From Butyrivibrio fibrisolvens (GTDB taxonomy: Bacteria > Bacillota > Clostridia > Lachnospirales > Lachnospiraceae), in contig NZ_CP146963.1 of assembly GCF_037113525.1 (NCBI RefSeq), forward strand, positions 3,757,226 through 3,789,225: 32,000 nt of DNA, written 5' to 3'. Within the stretch, counting starts at the first letter, position 1. The number at the start of each line of letters is the position of its first letter. Below are positions 8,374-15,648 of the stretch, one piece after another. The position numbers were made by a program, and so were the translations under genes. The notes under the pieces are model-generated. The model had not been told where the DNA came from and ran no database searches. It saw only the letters and a program-made list of their open reading frames with translations.

Positions 8374-9411
8374 TTAAATGGCAATCGGTATATCTTTAAA
8401 CTGGTCTCCTGCTACCTCATAATTTTCTACACTCACGTCATTCCTTGTAAAGTCATAAAAATCCTTGATATCCGGATTAAGGTGGAAAGTTGGTGCCGGA
8501 AGAGGCGTCCTTCCTATAAGTTCTTTGATATATGGAATATGCCTGTCATAGATATGGCAGTCTGCGATTACATGAAGAAGTTTGCCAACTTTCATATCAC
8601 ATACCTGTGCTAGCATATGCACAAGTGAAGAATACTGGACAATATTCCAGTTGTTTGCTGCAAGCATATCCTGAGAACGCTGATTTAGAACAGCGTTAAG
8701 AACAAGTCTTCCATCTGCCTTGTCCTGAGTCACGTTATAAGTCATGCTGTATGCACATGGTTCAAGATGCATATCAGAAAGTTCTGATACATTCCATGTG
8801 GTAGTCATGATACGGCGAGAGAATGGATTGATCTTAAGGTCATAGATAACCTTGTTCATCTGATCCATAACTGCTATCTTTGATTCTCTGTCAAAAACTA
8901 TGTCAGGCTCGCCAAGTCTTTCGTATGCATCAGTTCCTGGTACAAGACGCTCTTCCATAGAAGGGATACCAGGTCCAGGAACATATGAATACATTACCTT
9001 ATTTCCTTCGATTTCTTTTTTCCATGTAGGAAAAGCCTTATCGATTCCTTCTTCTGTAACGCCTTTATATGAATTCTTCTCTGCGATCTGCCAGCCATAA
9101 GCTTTGCCTATAGAGCCATTGTCATCAGCCCACTCATCCCAGATCGAACCTTTTAAATTTTTGATATTTGAAGATTTCTTCTGATATATCCAAAGTACTT
9201 CATCTGTAGCTGTCTTGATACCTGTCTTACGGAGAGTCATAAGTGGAAATTCTTTAGAAAGATCATAAGTATGTGCCTGACCGAAGATCTTGATCGTATA
9301 TGCAGATGCTCCATCCGGCCAATGTGGACGAACGGCCTGACCTTCTGTAGTAGTACCATTAGTCAGAATATCATTGCACATCTCAATAAAGTATTCATCA
9401 GCTTTAGACAT
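8374..9411 (-). CDS. thyA: Thymidylate synthase (ThyA type, long form)
   Basis: Motifs INPFSRRIMTTTWN, catalytic Cys context LEPCAY, NQRSQDM and IADCHIYDRH. The C-terminus DFYDFTRNDVSVENY resembles my recollection of Bacillus-type ThyA. The SD GGGGGA is 7 nt before the ATG. Confidence 0.92.
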   Translation of the reverse strand: MSKADEYFIEMCNDILTNGTTTEGQAVRPHWPDGASAYTIKIFGQAHTYDLSKEFPLMTLRKTGIKTATDEVLWIYQKKSSNIKNLKGSIWDEWADDNGSIGKAYGWQIAEKNSYKGVTEEGIDKAFPTWKKEIEGNKVMYSYVPGPGIPSMEERLVPGTDAYERLGEPDIVFDRESKIAVMDQMNKVIYDLKINPFSRRIMTTTWNVSELSDMHLEPCAYSMTYNVTQDKADGRLVLNAVLNQRSQDMLAANNWNIVQYSSLVHMLAQVCDMKVGKLLHVIADCHIYDRHIPYIKELIGRTPLPAPTFHLNPDIKDFYDFTRNDVSVENYEVAGDQFKDIPIAI

Positions 9412-9564
9412 AAAGAATCCCCCATAGAATCTAATACACTACCCAGTAAGGCGCGTATTGATAATTATTATAATCTATAATTTGGAAATATAATAAGCAA
9501 ATATTGCCTTTAACAAGTCAGTTTTAATCTTAATAAGAAACATAAACATTATAACAGATTATTT

Positions 9565-11169
9565 TCATCTGTCATACTTATCACAAAGTGCATTGATCTG
9601 ATCCGCAAACTTTGCTTTATCTTTGTTGCTTATGCCGCTGACTTTGCCAATAACTGCGATAAGTCTTGCACCTGCTGCCTTAAGTCTTGCATATACATCA
9701 GATACAGCTTCACCTGTCTTCTTCATAGCAGGAACAGGAACGCCTTCTTTATCAAACTGTCCCGAAATTAGATCAAATATGGTTCCGCTATACGGAGCAT
9801 AGGTATCATATCCAAATTCGTTTCTTAGATAACTTGCAAATGAAACTGTTACAGTATCTTCACCATGCACTATGAAAACTTTTTTAGGTCTTTTCTTAGT
9901 AAATCCGTTAAGCCATGCCACAAGTCCGTCTCTGTCCGCATGACCGGAAAGTCCTTCTATCTTAGTGATCTCGGCATTAACATCGATCTCTTCGCCAAAG
10001 ATCTTGACCCTCTCAGCACCGTCAAATATAGCTCTTCCAAGGGTTCCAATTGACTGATAACCAACAAAAAGAATGGTACTTTCGGGACGCCACAAATTGT
10101 GCTTAAGATGATGCTTGATACGGCCTGCATCACACATACCGGACGCTGCCAGGATTACTTTGGGCTTATCATCAAAGTTGATGGCTACAGATTCTTCCTG
10201 GGTTATTGAAAGTTTAAGTCCGCGGAAAGATATTGGATTTATGCCTTTTCTCACAAATTCAAGGGCTTCCTCGTCATAGCATGCATATTCATGGTCAGCA
10301 AAAAGCTGAGTAGCGCTTACCGCCATAGGACTGTCTACATATACATCAAAATCAGGAACTGCGGTTACAAGATGCTCTTCTTTGATCTGCCTTAAGAAAT
10401 ACAGCATTTCCTGGGTTCTTCCTATTGCAAAAGAAGGGATGACAACATTACCGCCCCTTTCAAATGTTCTGTTTAAAACCTCCGTAAGGTCCCTGACATA
10501 ATCAGGTCTCTCCGTCGTATGAAGTCTGTCGCCATAAGTAGACTCCATAACAACATAGTCCGCTTCTTCTGTATATTTAGGATCCTTGATAAGAGGCTGG
10601 CAGATATTACCTATATCTCCGGAAAAAACGATCTTGCGATCCTGCCCTTTTTCCGAAAGCCATACTTCTATACTGGAGCTTCCAAGAAGGTGGCCGATAT
10701 CTGTAAATCTGATCTTGATCCCATCACAGATATCAATTATCTCATCATACTCACATGCCACAAACTGCCTGATCGCACCCTCAGCATCTTCCATAGTATA
10801 AAGAGGTTCTGCTCCTTCAAGCCTGCTGTTACGCTTAGCCTTCCTCTTCTTCCATTCAGATTCCTGCATCTGGATATGAGCACAGTCTCTAAGCATTATA
10901 TCGCACAGATCTGCCGTAGCGTCTGTAGCATAGATCTTGCCCCTGAAACCATTGGCATAAAGTGAAGGAATAAGTCCGCTGTGATCAACATGAGCATGTG
11001 TAAGAAATACATAATCAATAAGAGCAGGTGCAACAGGAAGCGGTGCATTCTCAAATATATTGCGTCCCTGCTCCATACCATAATCAACAAGAATCGTCTT
11101 ACCACAAGCCTGCAGACAATGACAACTTCCTGTAACTTCGTGATCAGCACCTATAAATGTCAGTTTCAT
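9565..11169 (-). CDS. MBL-fold metallo-hydrolase of the beta-CASP (RNase J / CPSF-like) RNA-metabolising family
   Basis: HAHVDHSG (the HxHxDH motif) near the N-terminus. The length and order of segments (MBL, beta-CASP insert, C-terminal GHAD.. motif SGHADRDGL) fit beta-CASP nucleases. Strong SD AAGGAGGGA. Confidence 0.85.
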   Translation of the reverse strand: MKLTFIGADHEVTGSCHCLQACGKTILVDYGMEQGRNIFENAPLPVAPALIDYVFLTHAHVDHSGLIPSLYANGFRGKIYATDATADLCDIMLRDCAHIQMQESEWKKRKAKRNSRLEGAEPLYTMEDAEGAIRQFVACEYDEIIDICDGIKIRFTDIGHLLGSSSIEVWLSEKGQDRKIVFSGDIGNICQPLIKDPKYTEEADYVVMESTYGDRLHTTERPDYVRDLTEVLNRTFERGGNVVIPSFAIGRTQEMLYFLRQIKEEHLVTAVPDFDVYVDSPMAVSATQLFADHEYACYDEEALEFVRKGINPISFRGLKLSITQEESVAINFDDKPKVILAASGMCDAGRIKHHLKHNLWRPESTILFVGYQSIGTLGRAIFDGAERVKIFGEEIDVNAEITKIEGLSGHADRDGLVAWLNGFTKKRPKKVFIVHGEDTVTVSFASYLRNEFGYDTYAPYSGTIFDLISGQFDKEGVPVPAMKKTGEAVSDVYARLKAAGARLIAVIGKVSGISNKDKAKFADQINALCDKYDR

Positions 11170-11293
11170 AAAGGGTCCCTCCTTTGGTCTGAGTTTGTGA
11201 TAGTTTAATAATTTCTTGCCGTTATTATAAAAAAATGTTATACCTACTTTTATTATATCATGATGATCGTAAAAAAATTATTCGGAGAGTACC

Positions 11294-11539
11294 ATGCTGT
11301 TTTTATATGGATTAAGTGACAAAACAAAGGTAATAGCACATACATATAATGCTGAGTACTGCATGAACTGCCTGCATACTTCAAAGCATCAGGTCAAAAA
11401 GAAAAGTTTATACTTCACCCTTTTCTTCCTCCCTGTTATACCTCTTCATACCAAATATTATGTGACATGCCCTTGCTGTAACTACCAAAGAGGTATTAAA
11501 AGATCAGAGGTCAAAAATATCACAAGGGAGTCCGTATAA
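11294..11539 (+). CDS. Small zinc-ribbon protein with a central hydrophobic segment
   Basis: 81 aa. Two CxxC pairs (CMNC and CPCC) flank the hydrophobic LYFTLFFLPVIPL. The SD GGAGAG is 5 nt upstream. Confidence 0.6.
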   Translation: MLFLYGLSDKTKVIAHTYNAEYCMNCLHTSKHQVKKKSLYFTLFFLPVIPLHTKYYVTCPCCNYQRGIKRSEVKNITRESV

Positions 11540-11973
11540 TGAATACAATGAAACAAAGCAGAAAAAATCTTAAAGCATCCCTTGTGATCTTCTTAAACAC
11601 AGGCACTTTGATATTTGGGATCATATTTCTTATGATGGGATTTGCCATGCTATTCACAGTTCCAGAATTTGGATGTTTTGAAATGGCATTTTCCATGCTT
11701 TTCTTTGTCAAGTATGCTAAAACATGCCAAGCCATAGATTATATACAGGAATATGGTCCATTAATGGTCAACCACCCCGAATACTCAACCTGGGATTATT
11801 GTAAAGGAGTGCATAGGGACAGAGAAGTTGTTATAAAGCAGATAAATGCCATGGCCAAAAGAAAGATGATCTTCGGGGCATTCGATGTAAGTTGTAACTA
11901 TTTCAGATTCGATGAAGATTTTGACCTAAGATCTCTCATGGTAAAAAAAGGTTGGACGAGTGCATTATTTTAA
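11539..11973 (+). CDS. Hypothetical membrane protein, translationally coupled to the zinc-ribbon gene
   Basis: The start ATG overlaps the upstream stop (TAATG). The SD AAGGGAG lies upstream. There are two N-terminal hydrophobic helices. I recognise no family. Confidence 0.55.
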   Translation: MNTMKQSRKNLKASLVIFLNTGTLIFGIIFLMMGFAMLFTVPEFGCFEMAFSMLFFVKYAKTCQAIDYIQEYGPLMVNHPEYSTWDYCKGVHRDREVVIKQINAMAKRKMIFGAFDVSCNYFRFDEDFDLRSLMVKKGWTSALF

Positions 11974-12045
11974 GATTCTATGCTCCCTATATACTTATTT
12001 CTGTGCCTGATATGAAATTATTTTTGGATTTTTTGAAAATAGTCG

Positions 12046-12074
12046 TTGACAACAGAATTCAATTGAGGTAATAT
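12046..12074 (+). promoter_or_regulatory. Sigma-A type promoter of tRNA-Gly
   Basis: TTGACA (12046-12051), an exact 17-bp spacer, then TAATAT (12069-12074). An A/T-rich UP-like tract lies upstream. The promoter is about 45 nt upstream of the tRNA 5' end. Confidence 0.7.
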
Positions 12075-12118
12075 CATACATGTCGCTGAGGTGAGCACCG
12101 AAGCGAAACTGAATAAAT

Positions 12119-12191
12119 GCGATAGTGGCGTAGTTGGTAACGCGCGACCTTGCCAAGGTCGAGACCGCGGGTTCGAGCCCCGTCTATCGCT
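12119..12191 (+). tRNA. tRNA-Gly (anticodon GCC), CCA not encoded
   Basis: Hand-folded cloverleaf of 73 nt. Acceptor GCGATAG/CTATCGC; D arm GCGT-AGTTGGTA-ACGC; anticodon arm CGACC-TTGCCAA-GGTCG (anticodon GCC); 5-nt variable loop; T arm GCGGG-TTCGAGC-CCCGT; discriminator T. Confidence 0.93.
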
Positions 12192-12347
12192 TTAGTAAAA
12201 CGAAAAGCACATCCGTAAAGGATGTGCTTTTCGTTTTAGTGAGCGGCAGAGGAGCCGCTCACCCGCGGTGCAGGATTCGTATCTCCGCTTCGCTCCGGTC
12301 GTCGCTAAGCGCTCGTCCACCGGACGAGCAGCGACCCGTCTATCGCT
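12192..12347 (+). repeat. 143-bp insert (its own terminator plus a GC-rich 3' part) ending in a second copy of the tRNA-Gly 3' end (13-nt direct repeat CCCGTCTATCGCT)
   Basis: CCCGTCTATCGCT occurs at 12179-12191 (the last 13 nt of the tRNA) and again at 12335-12347. Positions 12238-12335 are about 67% GC by hand count (66/98) in an AT-rich context. That stretch contains hairpins GTGAGCGGC-agagga-GCCGCTCAC and GTCGC..GCTCGTCC-acc-GGACGAGC..GCGAC. Confidence 0.8.
12197..12237 (+). terminator. Rho-independent terminator immediately after tRNA-Gly
   Basis: A perfect 18-bp stem pairs AAAACGAAAAGCACATCC with GGATGTGCTTTTCGTTTT, with a 5-nt loop. A T-run lies in and after the 3' arm. Confidence 0.85.
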
Positions 12348-12349
12348 CT

Positions 12350-12385
12350 AAAAAAGAGATGATCTTATCGATCATCTCTTTTTTT
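12350..12385. terminator. Bidirectional rho-independent terminator between the tRNA locus and the convergent ABC/membrane operon
   Basis: AAAAAAGAGATGATC-ttatc-GATCATCTCTTTTTT is a 15-bp perfect stem. It is flanked by an A-run and a T-run, so it can act on both strands. Confidence 0.85.
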
Positions 12386-12396
12386 ATCACTTATCA

Positions 12397-13074
12397 TTAT
12401 TTATTAAGACTTCTGGCAATTCCGTTTACTGCGATCTCATCAATATCTTTTTTGTATAAGAGATTCGCCATAATAACAGCTCCGGCACATCCAATCACAA
12501 CAAATATGATGCTAAAAGCCACTGACTGAGCAAAATGTCTGCCAAAGAAAGATATCAGCTTCTGAGATTCGCTTAGTCCAAGAAAAATAATTGAAATTTC
12601 AACTATCCCAAGTACAATAGTAGATCCAACAAATAATTTATAACTGACTACAGAATATATAAGTAAAATACCAAGCATTGCTCCTGCAAAGAAGAGATAC
12701 TTACTCTGAATTCCATAATTTACAGAATATGTAAAGCCCTCCATTCCATTTTTGGCAAGATAAAAATGATATACAAATACGATTACATATACTAATAATA
12801 GATATGGTATACATAGCAAAAACGGATAATACGTCTGCATTTTCTTCTTGGCCTGTGATGATTGAACTAGGCCACACATGCAGGATGTGTAATGAGACTG
12901 CCAGAATGTTGTAGCAGGGAACAGTAAATAGAGAACTCCCAAAATCGAATCGCCTTTACCTGTTAATTCAAAAAACAGTCCGATTACAAAGAAAATCCCC
13001 GAAAACACTGCATGACTTTTAACTTTGGGATTGTATTTTAATAACTTAACTGCAGTAATAAAATCTTTTAACAT
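12397..13074 (-). CDS. Hypothetical multi-pass membrane protein (last gene of the GntR-ABC operon)
   Basis: Hydrophobic throughout (about 6 TM). An ATG at 13074 with the SD GAGG 8 nt upstream is preferred over the track TTG at 13080. The upstream gene stop (13077-13079) is 2 nt away. Confidence 0.7.
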   Translation of the reverse strand: MLKDFITAVKLLKYNPKVKSHAVFSGIFFVIGLFFELTGKGDSILGVLYLLFPATTFWQSHYTSCMCGLVQSSQAKKKMQTYYPFLLCIPYLLLVYVIVFVYHFYLAKNGMEGFTYSVNYGIQSKYLFFAGAMLGILLIYSVVSYKLFVGSTIVLGIVEISIIFLGLSESQKLISFFGRHFAQSVAFSIIFVVIGCAGAVIMANLLYKKDIDEIAVNGIARSLNK

Positions 13075-13076
13075 TT

Positions 13077-13739
13077 TCAAACCTCACGTTCTTTAAAGCT
13101 TCTATCAAAATTCCTTAAGGGCATTTTCACTGCCAAAAAGCTGCCTATTACATCCAAAACTATAAATACTATCAGCCACGTCCACAGATTAATCGTCATA
13201 TACTCATATCTGTATAAGATAAGCACACTGACAGCTGCGCCAAATAATGCAACAAGTATAAATGCCGTTCCCATATATATCGTATATTCTGTAATGAACC
13301 TAAGAATAGATATAATGATCGAATTAGCGCCATAAACAAATGCTATGAGTATAAGTATTAGTAATACTATTTCACTTTTATTTAGGGCCGACTTACTGAT
13401 AAGTGTTATAGCGCCGCATATCAGAAGAACAAAACATATCTGCAAAAATCTTCTTACCTGATCTGTAACAATGGCAAGTTTAATATTATTTCTTCCATTA
13501 AGGGTATTTCTAAAAAGTCCAAACTGAAAATCTTTAGAATTTATCCCGTTATAGCAAAAGAAATCTCCGAACACACCAAGGACCATCATATAAAAAGCAA
13601 TAATAAATAGACTCCATTCGGCAAGCCTGCCTGTAAGCATTGTATGAATTCCAATAGCCAAAACCGGAAAAAGAACTAACACAACAATACTGTATATACT
13701 ATTACAAAATATCCTGTATACTTTTAATATATCTTTCAT
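13077..13739 (-). CDS. Hypothetical multi-pass membrane protein (putative permease partner of the ABC ATPase)
   Basis: About 6 hydrophobic helices. The SD AGGAGA is 6 nt before the ATG. The gene is tightly packed in the operon. Confidence 0.7.
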   Translation of the reverse strand: MKDILKVYRIFCNSIYSIVVLVLFPVLAIGIHTMLTGRLAEWSLFIIAFYMMVLGVFGDFFCYNGINSKDFQFGLFRNTLNGRNNIKLAIVTDQVRRFLQICFVLLICGAITLISKSALNKSEIVLLILILIAFVYGANSIIISILRFITEYTIYMGTAFILVALFGAAVSVLILYRYEYMTINLWTWLIVFIVLDVIGSFLAVKMPLRNFDRSFKEREV

Positions 13740-13761
13740 GCCTAATCTCCTGTCACTTTAC

Positions 13762-14670
13762 TTATGCAAGTTTAAGTCTTGTGTTAGCACGCATAATGCC
13801 AACAGAAAGCTGCGTAAGTGTAGGAGTCTCAGTAATAATATCAGCGCCCGCCAATTTATCCAGGTCGTCTGAAAGGCAAAGTCCTTCAAAGCCGTAATTA
13901 TTGGTAGTCATGTCATACATATATTTCTTACCAAGTTCTTCGTCTTTTTTATCGCCTTTGACGTATGTATATTTTTCCTTAAGATTTTCTACAAAGCCCT
14001 GTTCAGCTATCTCACCATTTTCTACAATAACTGCATAGTCAGTGACATTTTCCATATCCGCTATATTATGTGTGGAAAAGATGACTGACTTTTCTCCTTC
14101 TGCTTCAGCAAGATACTCTCTTATGATCTCACAGAGTTTTTCTCTCATAAGAGGATCAAGCGCAGATGCCGGTTCATCCATCAAAAGAAGTTCTGTGTTT
14201 CTCGAAAGAACTCCTGCCAGCATAAGCTTGGTCTTATTACCATCTGATAATGAGTTTACCTTTTTATTGGCATCAGTCTTATTATCAGCAGAAAAAGCCA
14301 GTTCTTTCAAAATCTCGTCATATTTATCACCATCAAAGCCATCAAATAAAAGTTCCTGAACTTCTTTAGTCTGTTTAAGATTCCATCCCGGCATAAAGTA
14401 ATTACCTGTCCCTGTATATCCGATGCTATTCTTTACTACCGGGTCTTCTTCTCTGTCTTTTTCTGAATACTTTCCGAAATATCTTATCTCTCCTTCGTGG
14501 TCTAATCTGAGACCTGCTATTAGTTCAAGGAGAGTTGTCTTACCTGCTCCATTCTCGCCAATAAGTGCTGTTGCAAATCCTTTAGGGAAGTCAACCTTAT
14601 CAACCTTAAGTTTAAAATTCTTATATTTCTTCTCTATATTTTTACAAGAGATTACTGCCTGTGTTTCCAT
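13762..14670 (-). CDS. ABC transporter ATP-binding protein
   Basis: Walker A GENGAGKTT, signature LSDGNKTKL, Walker B LLLMDEP. The ATG at 14670 (METQAV...) has the SD GAGGAGGAA and sits 1 nt after the GntR stop, so it is preferred over the track start at 14685. Confidence 0.9.
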   Translation of the reverse strand: METQAVISCKNIEKKYKNFKLKVDKVDFPKGFATALIGENGAGKTTLLELIAGLRLDHEGEIRYFGKYSEKDREEDPVVKNSIGYTGTGNYFMPGWNLKQTKEVQELLFDGFDGDKYDEILKELAFSADNKTDANKKVNSLSDGNKTKLMLAGVLSRNTELLLMDEPASALDPLMREKLCEIIREYLAEAEGEKSVIFSTHNIADMENVTDYAVIVENGEIAEQGFVENLKEKYTYVKGDKKDEELGKKYMYDMTTNNYGFEGLCLSDDLDKLAGADIITETPTLTQLSVGIMRANTRLKLA

Positions 14671-14671
14671 G

Positions 14672-15046
14672 TCATTCCTCCTCAAACCTTAGTAGTGTCT
14701 TAAGTGTGTCTGTCAGTTCGTCATCTGTCATTCCTGCTATCTTAGCACACTTGATAGCTTCCATAAGTGCATCCTCAACCTTACGCATATGCTGCTCTCT
14801 AAGCATCTCGCCGTCCTGAGGGTTTATATAATAACCTTTACCCTGGACTGCGGTTACCATCCCTTCGCTCTCAAGCTCTTCATATGCTTTCATGGTAGTG
14901 ATGACACTTATCTTGAGTTCCTTGGCAAGGCCTCTTATAGACGGGAGGTACTCTCCCTGCCCTAGCCTTCCTTCAAGAATATCTGTTCGAAAGCTGTCTG
15001 CTATCTGCTGATAGATCGGAACTTTAGAATTCTGCGATATCTTCAT
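14672..15046 (-). CDS. GntR-family (short, YtrA-like) transcriptional regulator
   Basis: Winged-helix segment PIYQQIADSFRTDILEGRL..LPSIRGLAKELKISVITTMKAYEELESEGMV. The ATG at 15046 (MKISQ...) has the SD GAGG 6 nt upstream and is preferred over the track start at 15058. Confidence 0.88.
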   Translation of the reverse strand: MKISQNSKVPIYQQIADSFRTDILEGRLGQGEYLPSIRGLAKELKISVITTMKAYEELESEGMVTAVQGKGYYINPQDGEMLREQHMRKVEDALMEAIKCAKIAGMTDDELTDTLKTLLRFEEE

Positions 15047-15127
15047 TGTTAACCTCATGTCGCGAGTGACTAATAGTTATAATTGGTGGAGCTCGCTACA
15101 CCAACTTATGTCGTTGCAACTGTTTAT

Positions 15128-15163
15128 GTGTTATATATACACCCATAACACTCATTATGTCAA
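15128..15163 (-). promoter_or_regulatory. Candidate promoter with overlapping inverted-repeat operator for the GntR-ABC operon
   Basis: On the minus strand, TTGACA (15163-15158), an 18-nt spacer, then TATATA (15139-15134). The inverted repeat GTGTTAT (15128-15134) / ATAACAC (15145-15151) overlaps the -10 and spacer, as expected for autorepression. Confidence 0.45.
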
Positions 15164-15185
15164 CACCCTTGATTTATTTTTTTAG

Positions 15186-15214
15186 TTGACATCTCTTTTT
15201 GATTGAGTCATTAT
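15186..15214 (+). promoter_or_regulatory. Candidate promoter of the metG T-box leader
   Basis: TTGACA (15186-15191), a 17-nt spacer, then CATTAT (15209-15214). Confidence 0.5.
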
Positions 15215-15221
15215 AAAGAGT

Positions 15222-15610
15222 AGGTTTCAAAATGACTTTTGATGCCTGATAATGACCTGTCAATATATAATCTTCAGGTCCATTATCAAACTTTATTATT
15301 CAAAAAGGCTATGAAGAGAAGAGTAATCCCTTTTGATGTCCACAGAGAGCTTCCGTAGAGTATTCACGTAATATTCGCTGCTGAAAGGAAGTGACACAGA
15401 CCGGATGAACCAGGCCTCGGAGCCGCATACGGATCCTTTTTTAGGTGATGCTATGACGGGAGTTCCCGTTACAGAACAAGAGTATTAAGTCATTTAGTTG
15501 ATGCGTACTTAATAAGCTTAAGCCGGTGACGGTTTAAGGAACAAGGGTGGCAACACGATCATTCGTCCCTGTAACTACTAAACGGTAGTTGCAGGGGCTT
15601 TTTTATTTTG
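15222..15610 (+). promoter_or_regulatory. T-box leader (tRNA-sensing riboswitch) with terminator/antiterminator, upstream of metG
   Basis: The conserved T-box sequence AAGGGTGGCAACACG (about 15543-15557) comes just before a terminator. That terminator pairs 15567-15578 with 15585-15596 and is followed by CTTTTTTATTTT. Stem I-like AGAGA/AGTA elements lie around 15310-15330. The candidate specifier is AUG at 15405-15407, followed by A. Confidence 0.85.
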
Positions 15611-15648
15611 TTCCCGAACTACCTTTTTTATCATGGAGGAATTATTAG

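Noticed and set aside
12134-12529. 131-aa + strand ORF from the track
   Set aside because: It runs through the tRNA-Gly gene, two intrinsic terminators and the GC-rich insert, and then antisense into a membrane-protein gene. It has no SD, and its Arg/Ser/Pro-rich composition is typical of a GC-rich non-coding read-through.
12119-15058. Genomic island or prophage integrated at tRNA-Gly
   Set aside because: An att-like 13-nt duplication exists, but the bracketed DNA is only 143 bp. The downstream genes (the GntR-ABC operon) include no integrase, recombinase or phage functions.
15083-15106. TTGGTG...CACCAA inverted repeat shared by the GntR leader (15085-15106) and the SEC-C leader (30549-30561)
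   Set aside because: Only 6-bp arms are shared, the spacers differ (10 nt versus 1 nt) and the flanks are not similar. This is consistent with chance in 32 kb.
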